DNA of 64,000 bases from Bacteroidetes bacterium ADurb.Bin037 (GTDB lineage: Bacteria > Bacteroidota > Bacteroidia > Bacteroidales > UBA932): contig MWER01000013.1 of the NCBI GenBank assembly GCA_002071175.1, positions 71,412 through 135,411 of the forward strand. Reading direction: 5' to 3'. Of this stretch, positions 54,042-61,151 are shown one piece after another. The translations under genes and the position numbers were made by a program. Position 1 is the stretch's first letter, and every line of letters starts with the position of its first letter. The notes below the pieces were generated by a model. That model was not told the DNA's origin, did not search any database, and was given only the letters and a program-made list of their open reading frames with translations.

Positions 54042-57000
54042 TTAGAATCTCAAATTAAGTCCTAACGTGAAAATTCTGTTTGTTCCATATACGTTATCAG
54101 CTCCACCACCGGTGCTGTATACGTTCAATCCGGGTAAAGAAGTAAATAACCAGGCGTTATCTACATTTAAATTGATGTTGATACCGGAAACTCCGATTTT
54201 ATTAACAGCTTTTTTCGAGAAATTATACGCCAGATGGATATTCTTGATATTTAAATAAGTTTTGCTATGCATATGAGAAATAGCAGTTGTTGCTTTCCAC
54301 GAGTTGGTGTAATAATCTATTCTGGGCAATCCGTTCGGATCAATTCTGTTGGGAGAATCAGGAGTCATTCCTTCCGGCACTCCGTTCCAGGATCTTTTAA
54401 TTTCTTTAGAGATTGCAGACGGACTGGCGGAAACGGACATCAAGCTATTCCATGGACTGGAAGTTGCGTAGCCTCCTATACCGTATGAAAGATTAATACT
54501 GAAATCAAAGTTCTTCCATCTAATAGAAGTCCCTAAACCTCCGAACAATGTCGGAAGAGAGGTAGCTCCACCATTAAGCCAACCTCTGGAAGCATATGAA
54601 TAGTGAGCCGTATAATTTTTATCTCCAATATTAACTACATATTCTTCAGGGACCTCTGTTTTGCCTTCCTCTTGATTGTCTTTACCGACAAAGAATCGCT
54701 TATCATCTATGTTGTACAAAGACAGACCTGTCATCTGGTCAATTCCTACGAAATCATAAACCCAATATGCCATGTACGGCATTCCTTCCTGGTATCTCTT
54801 ATTGCCCGAGAGGTAACCTCCATCTTCATCCAGAAGTTCTTGAGGCAACTTCCCGACAATCGTTTTTTGCCAAGTTGTCACGAAGTTGAAATTCCACGTA
54901 AAGTTTCTTGTTCTGATCACATCAACGTCAATCATCAGCTCAACACCTCTGTTTGACATACTGCCGAAGTTGACAGTCTGAGTGGGAGACATACTGGAAG
55001 AACTTGTAGTAGAACCTACAGACAAAGGTCTCCTTACGCTAAATAAAAGATCTTTTGAAACTTTCTGGTAATAATCCAGTTCAAAATTAAATCTATTGAA
55101 TAACCTCCCCTCCAGTCCTACCGAAATTGAATTCATAGATTCCCATACAAGATTTTGGGCTTCATTTTGCGATTTGTATGATGCGCCAAGACCTCCATTT
55201 TTAGCATTTGAATACAGACCATACCAAGCATAAGTGCCAACACCGCTGTCATTTCCCACCTGACCGTATGATGCTCTGAGCTTTAATGCATCCACAAAAT
55301 GTACCGATGCCATAAACGGTTCTCTGTGAATAGACCAGGTAGCACCTACCGACCAGAAGATACCCCATCTGTTATCAGGATGGAATTTTGAAGATCCATC
55401 ACCACGCAACATGGCATCTATATAATATTTATTGTCAAAGTTATATTTAATGGTCCCCAGATAACTCTCTCTTCTAAGATTGCTATCATAGCCGTTCATT
55501 CGAACGAGTTCGGTAAAGTTTATCAACTCATATTTATTGGCGAAAACTTCTTTTGTCTTATACAGATCCGTATAAACATAGTTGTAATAGTAATTCTCAT
55601 GGGCAGCCATTACATAGAAATTATGCTTAGCACCAATTGTCTTGTTCCATGAGAGAATCTGCTGAGCGGTAAACGTTGTGTAGCGGTATATGCTTCTGCT
55701 TGATCTTCCTTCGTTACCGGCTCCGTCACCGATAATGGCATTGTTATATGTTCTGTTTTCCGAATTGCGCAAGCTGTAATCGAATAACATTTTAAAATCA
55801 AAATCTTTTAGGAAAGTGATGTTAAACCAAGCATTACCGGTGGCAGTAGTTCTGTAAGTCCTATCCCGATTCAACTCCAACTCCCATATTACGTGTCTGT
55901 CCAGGTTCTGATTACGGGTAATGCCGTCATGATAGTTCCCTCTGTCATAAATCTTTTCGCCGTTTTCATCCAAAATGAACTCTCCGGTCTGCATGTCGTG
56001 CACATATATCGGATAAATCGGAGACATAAAACGTCCATAATAAATCGGATTGACAAAAGATGAAGAACCTTCACTAATATTGTCAGTTTCCTGATATGAA
56101 GCGTTGATCTTAACTCCTCCGCTTAACCATTTGCTTGGACGAACAGTAACGTTTGCATTAGTTGTAAACCTCATATAACCACTGCCGATAACATTACTTT
56201 CGTTATTATGGTGACCTACGGAGATAAAGTAACTGGTCTTATCCGTAGCATGGTCGGCACTAATTGTATAGTCTTGATACAATCCTACTTTTGAAACAGC
56301 ATCCCACCAATCGAGGTCTGTGTAACCGGGAAGCATCTTGGCGACAAGTTTGCCGTTCGCATCAAATAGTTGATCTTTAGGTTTATCAAATATATTATAA
56401 CCTAAATAGTTTTCAACTAAATGTTTAGTTGCATAATCATTAGCGGCTTCCATCGAATATTTCAGATCCGGATTTGACATTAGGTTATTCCTGTAACCCA
56501 GCCACATGGTCTCCATCCATTCTTCTGCACTTAATTTTTCAAATTCGGCTTGTCCCCAGCTATATGCTCCGGCACGTACATTGGCCCGGACTCCTATCTT
56601 AGCACTCTTACCTTTTTTTGTAGTAATCAGAATTACTCCGTTTGAGGCAAGATTCCCGTACAGGGCAGCTGAAGCAGCGTCCTTGAGTACCGATATGTTC
56701 TCCACATCGTTGGGATTAATATCGGAAATATTACCTGCAAAGGGTACTCCATCCACGACATAGAGCGGGGAGTTACTTCCGGTAATCGTCGAAAATCCTC
56801 TAATTCTAATAGCAGGGGTAGAACTCGGACCTCCAGTATTTACAACAATTACACCTGTTGCCGCACCATCCAGGACACCGGCTACACTTGCCATTGACCT
56901 TCTCTCTATATCGGCAGCCGTAAATGCAGAAACAGCTCCGGTTATCGATTCTTTTTTTGCTTGTCCGTAAGCAACCACGACAACGTCATCTAAAAAAGTG

Positions 57001-57296
57001 ACATCCGGAGTAAGTTCAACATCAATCGCAGCTCTATTATTAACAGAAACTTCCATGGCTACATAACCAATTGAACTGAAGACTAAAACACTGTTAACTG
57101 GAGCTGATAATGAATAGTTCCCGGAAACATCAGTCGATGTTCGGGATGTTGTCCCCTGAATATGCACAGTGACATATGGAATAGGGTCTCCTGTGGAAAC
57201 ATCAGTAACGGTACCGGATACAGTGATATTTTGCGCCAATACCTGTACTGATAAAGCCATTAGGGGAATGAACAATAAAAATCTAATTTTCTTCAT
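54042..57296 (-). CDS. susC: SusC/RagA-family TonB-dependent outer membrane transporter
   Basis: 1084 aa. Carboxypeptidase-regulatory-like N-domain (ITVSGTVTDVSTGDPIPYVTVHIQGT), TonB box/plug (DDVVVVAYGQAKKESITGAV; IRIRGFSTI), C-terminal ...FTLGLNLRF. There is no STN (anti-sigma signalling) domain. Confidence 0.95.
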   Translation of the reverse strand: MKKIRFLLFIPLMALSVQVLAQNITVSGTVTDVSTGDPIPYVTVHIQGTTSRTSTDVSGNYSLSAPVNSVLVFSSIGYVAMEVSVNNRAAIDVELTPDVTFLDDVVVVAYGQAKKESITGAVSAFTAADIERRSMASVAGVLDGAATGVIVVNTGGPSSTPAIRIRGFSTITGSNSPLYVVDGVPFAGNISDINPNDVENISVLKDAASAALYGNLASNGVILITTKKGKSAKIGVRANVRAGAYSWGQAEFEKLSAEEWMETMWLGYRNNLMSNPDLKYSMEAANDYATKHLVENYLGYNIFDKPKDQLFDANGKLVAKMLPGYTDLDWWDAVSKVGLYQDYTISADHATDKTSYFISVGHHNNESNVIGSGYMRFTTNANVTVRPSKWLSGGVKINASYQETDNISEGSSSFVNPIYYGRFMSPIYPIYVHDMQTGEFILDENGEKIYDRGNYHDGITRNQNLDRHVIWELELNRDRTYRTTATGNAWFNITFLKDFDFKMLFDYSLRNSENRTYNNAIIGDGAGNEGRSSRSIYRYTTFTAQQILSWNKTIGAKHNFYVMAAHENYYYNYVYTDLYKTKEVFANKYELINFTELVRMNGYDSNLRRESYLGTIKYNFDNKYYIDAMLRGDGSSKFHPDNRWGIFWSVGATWSIHREPFMASVHFVDALKLRASYGQVGNDSGVGTYAWYGLYSNAKNGGLGASYKSQNEAQNLVWESMNSISVGLEGRLFNRFNFELDYYQKVSKDLLFSVRRPLSVGSTTSSSSMSPTQTVNFGSMSNRGVELMIDVDVIRTRNFTWNFNFVTTWQKTIVGKLPQELLDEDGGYLSGNKRYQEGMPYMAYWVYDFVGIDQMTGLSLYNIDDKRFFVGKDNQEEGKTEVPEEYVVNIGDKNYTAHYSYASRGWLNGGATSLPTLFGGLGTSIRWKNFDFSINLSYGIGGYATSSPWNSLMSVSASPSAISKEIKRSWNGVPEGMTPDSPNRIDPNGLPRIDYYTNSWKATTAISHMHSKTYLNIKNIHLAYNFSKKAVNKIGVSGININLNVDNAWLFTSLPGLNVYSTGGGADNVYGTNRIFTLGLNLRF

Positions 57297-57649
57297 TAAA
57301 TTTAGTTTTAGTTTATAATTAAGTTTAAAAAACCATAATTTTCAACATACCCGTGAATAGTCTGCGGTACCACCCATCTTTCCCTTCTTCCGAATATTGA
57401 AACGACCATACCTCATTTCCCGAAGGTACAGACTCCAGAAACTGAGCCGATCGGAGGAGTCTGAAAGAAGGCTAAAAGGTATATCTTGGGTAGTCTTCAA
57501 ACCATCCTTTTTTGAATTTATTTATATTCTCTGATATTTTAGACTAAGATATTGATTCCCTGCATATATTCCAAATATTTCTTTGGGCATATATTGATTT
57601 TCAATGACTTAACAAATTTTAAAGATCGAACTAAATAATGTTTTATCGA

Positions 57650-57671
57650 TCATTTAATGGTCATTAAATGA
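57650..57671. repeat. 22-bp palindrome tcatttaatg-gt-cattaaatga
   Basis: Read directly, about 85 nt upstream of the IS3 orfA relic. Confidence 0.8.
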
Positions 57672-57754
57672 CTGCACCCTGTCACATAAATATAATACTC
57701 CCATCAATTCAAACTACAGGGTAAGTTTAACAAAAACGATTAAATTTATTCATT

Positions 57755-57949
57755 ATGTCAACGACAAGAAAGAAACACAGTGCCGCCTTCAAGGCCCAGG
57801 TGGCCACTGAGGCAATCAAAGAACAGGAGACGCTAAACGAACTACATTCAAATTCTAACATAATAGAGATCAAGGGAAAATCTAAAAAACCCACTTACCA
57901 GGAAGAAAGCGGACAACAGCTTTGCAATGTTATTTTAAATGCCTTCTAA
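57755..57949 (+). mobile_element. Relic of an IS3-family transposase orfA (only about the first 30 codons are recognisable)
   Basis: MSTTRKKHSAAFKAQVATEAIKEQETLNEL matches the usual IS3 OrfA N-terminus (HTH_Tnp_1). The rest (HSNSNIIEIKGKSKKPTYQEE..) does not. No orfB and no terminal repeats were identified. Confidence 0.45.
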
Positions 57950-58039
57950 AGAGTCAAAGGAAAAATAAGCGACTTTCAGCAACTATATAAAATTAGAATA
58001 TAAAAAGTCAAATTGTCTTGTTTTTTCTTAAAAAGAAAC

Positions 58040-58047
58040 TATATTTG
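58040..58047 (+). promoter_or_regulatory. -7 promoter box TATATTTG upstream of abiEi, embedded in AACTAT repeats
   Basis: Matches the TAnnTTTG consensus, 30 nt before ATG 58077. AACTATAT occurs at 57980-57987 and 58037-58044, AACTAT at 58073-58078, and inverted TAGTT at 58048-58052. Confidence 0.4.
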
Positions 58048-58076
58048 TAGTTGAACTTATTTTGTTGTAATCAACT

Positions 58077-58841
58077 ATGAGTAGAGAATATCGAAATAAA
58101 CTCAACCAACTTCTAACTATGGGAACCAAAAACGGCTTGCTTTTTTCTGAATGGTTAGGAAGGAATGGTTATTCCCATCAGTTGATAGACAGGTACAGAA
58201 AGTCAGGATGGCTTACTGCTTTGGATAGGGGGGTAATGTATCGTACTGGTGATTCATTATCTGCATTTGCGGCTTTGTCTTGTTATAATCAACAGCTCGG
58301 TAAAAACTTAAGAGTAGCTGCACATTCTGCTTTAGAACTCTTTGGTTTCAACCATTATGTTCCTATGGGAAAACCAAAATTAATGGTTGCTCATTCCAAT
58401 CTAAATGTTCCAAAATGGATGACAAGCAATGGTTTTGATAGAACTTTTAAGCCATTTCAAACAAATATGGTTGAAACACCTGAAACAAGCGTGATAAGGG
58501 CTGAAGGTGTTGATTTATTAGTTTCCTCACCAGAACAGGCTTTTATGGAATGTTTATTATTGGTTCCATCTCAATATGATTATATGGATTTGTATTATAT
58601 AATGGAACAATTAACTTCTTTGCGTCCTGAAGTTGTTCAGAGATTACTTGAAGAAGGAAATAATTTGCGTGTTAAACGAGTGTTTTTGTATATGGCAGAA
58701 AAAGCAAGACATTATTGGCATGATATGTTGAATACTGATAAGATAGACCTCGGCACAAGTAAATTACAATTGACAGATAATGGAACATATATAAATCAAT
58801 ATAAAATAACCGTACCTCAAGAATTGAATGATTACGCATGA
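58077..58841 (+). CDS. abiEi: AbiEi-family type IV toxin-antitoxin antitoxin / transcriptional regulator
   Basis: 254 aa. The N-terminal wHTH-like part (LFSEWLGRNGYSHQLIDRYRKSGWLTALDRGVYRT-type) and the C-terminal domain are typical of AbiEi_3/4. It is followed by an overlapping AbiEii-like frame. Confidence 0.7.
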   Translation: MSREYRNKLNQLLTMGTKNGLLFSEWLGRNGYSHQLIDRYRKSGWLTALDRGVMYRTGDSLSAFAALSCYNQQLGKNLRVAAHSALELFGFNHYVPMGKPKLMVAHSNLNVPKWMTSNGFDRTFKPFQTNMVETPETSVIRAEGVDLLVSSPEQAFMECLLLVPSQYDYMDLYYIMEQLTSLRPEVVQRLLEEGNNLRVKRVFLYMAEKARHYWHDMLNTDKIDLGTSKLQLTDNGTYINQYKITVPQELNDYA

Positions 58842-59732
58842 GATATACAAAAAGCAAGTAGCCCTTTTAATACGAATAATGCCTTCTATATATCGTATTG
58901 AGGATTTTGCAGTCCATGGAGGAAGTGCTATAAATCTTTTCCATAAGAATATGCCACGATATTCGGTTGATATTGATTTAACTTATATTCCTATCCAGAC
59001 AGAGAAGAAAGCTTTTCTTCAATAAAAGAGCATCTTAAAAGCTTAAAAACCTACATAGAAAAATCTATTCCGAATATAAGGGTTATTCCTCAATACAATG
59101 TATTATAATTACATTGTACATTGAATGGGGCAGTTGTTATAATTGAAGTAAATGGAACAAAAAGAGGTATAATTGCTCCAACTGAAGATATAATACTCTG
59201 TCAAAAAGCACAAGAAGAATTCAGTATGTCTTGTATAGCTCGCATTGTCTCTTTTTCTGAGCTATACGGAGGGAAAATAGCAGCTGCACTATCTCGTCAA
59301 CACCCAAGAGACTTGTTCGATTGTAAGTATATGGAAATATCTTTATTCGATGAGGTTAAAAAGGGATTTATTTTAAATTTGCTTGGTAGTGATAAACCTA
59401 TAATAGAATCCCTACAACCTAATTGTATTAATCAGAGCCCCGCATTAGAAAACCAATTTCAAGGCATGTCAAATATTGAGTTTACATACAAAGATTATGA
59501 GCAAACACGAAAAAATCTCATAGCTATAGTTAATAACTCATTAACTAAGACAGATAAGGAATTTATTATTTCCTTCGAAGAGGGTAACCCTGATTGGAGC
59601 AAGTGTGTTGCAGGAAACTTGTCTAACTATCCATCAGTTCAATGGAAATTGCAAAACATCAATAAATTAAAGACAGATAACCCACAGAAGCATAAACAAG
59701 ATATTCAAACATTAAAAGATTTTATAAAATAA
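58828..59732 (+). pseudogene. abiEii: AbiEii/AbiGii-family nucleotidyltransferase toxin gene, inactivated (1 frameshift + 1 nonsense)
   Basis: Frame 1 (58828..59025) reads ...FAVHGGSAINLFHKNMPRYSVDIDLTYIPIQ, then out-of-frame residues and a stop. The continuation DREESFSSIKEHLKSLKTYIEKSIPNIRVIPQYNVL is in another frame (1-nt loss near 58996-58998). It hits TAA at 59106-59108, then continues LHCTLNGAVVIIEVNGTKRG... to 59732. Confidence 0.75.
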
Positions 59733-59852
59733 TTTGACAATATCTAATTTATTTTCCACATAACTCCAGACAGATTTCAAAACACTAAAATTCGGGCAAC
59801 TTCTGGGCAACCGAAACAGAAAAAGCAGCTTACTGTTATATAAGCCGCTTTT

Positions 59853-59942
<90 letters not shown>

Positions 59943-60051
59943 GTTTGGAGAACAGGATACGTATTGGTGGTCTATAGTATATACGACAGAGTCAATACAC
60001 CGGAGATCATTACCTGCTTCCTTTTGGGGAGGACAAAGGTAAGGAATCTTT

Positions 60052-60690
60052 TTATTTTTTAGAGAAAAATTTATACTTGAAGATAAGTAGGTATAAAGAG
60101 CCGCAGGTAATAGCAGAGTCGGCAAGGTTGAAGATGAATTGGAAGAAGACGAAGCGACGGCCGCCCCAGATGGGAAAGTTTTCGGGGAGAACGGTATCTA
60201 TGAGGGGGAAATAGAGCATATCTACTACTTTTCCGTGGAGGAAGGTCCCGTAACCGCCTTCGGGGGGAAAGAGACGGGCGATTTCGGTTACGCCCGATTC
60301 GCTGAAGATGAGGCCGTAAAATGCACAGTCTATGATGTTGCCTATGGCTCCCACAAATACAAGGGCAAGTCCTACGAGAACCCCCATCGGGGTGTCGGGT
60401 TTTTTAAGGAGTTTGCAGATGTACCAAATGATGAAAATACTGAGAGCTATGCGAAAAAGGCTGAGAATGAGTTTGCCCGTTTGTCCGCCAAAGACCATAC
60501 CGAAGGCCATCCCTTCGTTTTCCACGAAATAGATCTGGAACCAGTTGCCAAGTACGTTTACGCTTTGGTGAAGGGTAAAATGGGTTTTAACCCAGATCTT
60601 GGAGATTTGATCCAGAACGAGGATGAAGGTAATGATGATCGCAAGGATTTTGCCTCTGGACAGCTTGCTTTTGCGCATGGGAGGGATCAT
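60052..60690 (-). CDS. lspA: Lipoprotein signal peptidase II
   Basis: DQISKIWV, NEGMAFGM, GAIGNIIDCAFYG, VVDMLYF, FNLADSAITCG. Confidence 0.9.
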   Translation of the reverse strand: MIPPMRKSKLSRGKILAIIITFILVLDQISKIWVKTHFTLHQSVNVLGNWFQIYFVENEGMAFGMVFGGQTGKLILSLFRIALSIFIIWYICKLLKKPDTPMGVLVGLALVFVGAIGNIIDCAFYGLIFSESGVTEIARLFPPEGGYGTFLHGKVVDMLYFPLIDTVLPENFPIWGGRRFVFFQFIFNLADSAITCGSLYLLIFKYKFFSKK

Positions 60691-61109
60691 TCGCGGTTGT
60701 TCTTCGCTTCTACCGATAGTGTGGCGTGAGGAACAAGGCGAAGGCGTTCTTTCGGAATCAGCTTTCTGGTTTCACGGCAAATACCATAGGTTTTGTTTTC
60801 AATCCTGATCAATGCCATTTCCAGGGATTGGATGAACTTATGCTGACGCAAAGCCAATTGTCCTGCTTCTTTCTTGGAAAGAGCCGAGGCACCTTCTTCG
60901 AGGACTTTGAATGTGGGGGAAGTGTCCTCGGTGTCGTTACTCTGGCTGTGGGTGACTATGGCTTTGAGTTCTTCGTAGTCGGCACGTGCCTGGGCAAGTT
61001 TTTCGTAGATGAGGGTTTTGAATTCCTGCAGTTCCTCGTCGGAATAACGAACCTTTTCTCTTACCTCTTCCGTAACCTTTTGATTGGTATTGCTTTTTTT
61101 CTTTGTCAT
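60687..61109 (-). CDS. TraR/DksA-family regulator (zinc finger cysteines largely absent)
   Basis: 140 aa. Coiled-coil N-terminus, then IRIENKTYGICRETRKLIPKERLRLVPHATLSVEAK. In the usual Bacteroidetes position between ileS and lspA. Confidence 0.75.
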   Translation of the reverse strand: MTKKKSNTNQKVTEEVREKVRYSDEELQEFKTLIYEKLAQARADYEELKAIVTHSQSNDTEDTSPTFKVLEEGASALSKKEAGQLALRQHKFIQSLEMALIRIENKTYGICRETRKLIPKERLRLVPHATLSVEAKNNRE

Positions 61110-61151
61110 GGTTCTATTCTTTTAGTAGGAAAGTACAAATGTAGTATTTAA

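Noticed and set aside
60139-60729. 196-aa plus-strand ORF
   Set aside because: It is antisense to lspA and the dksA-like gene, both of which have clear family motifs. It is a shadow ORF.
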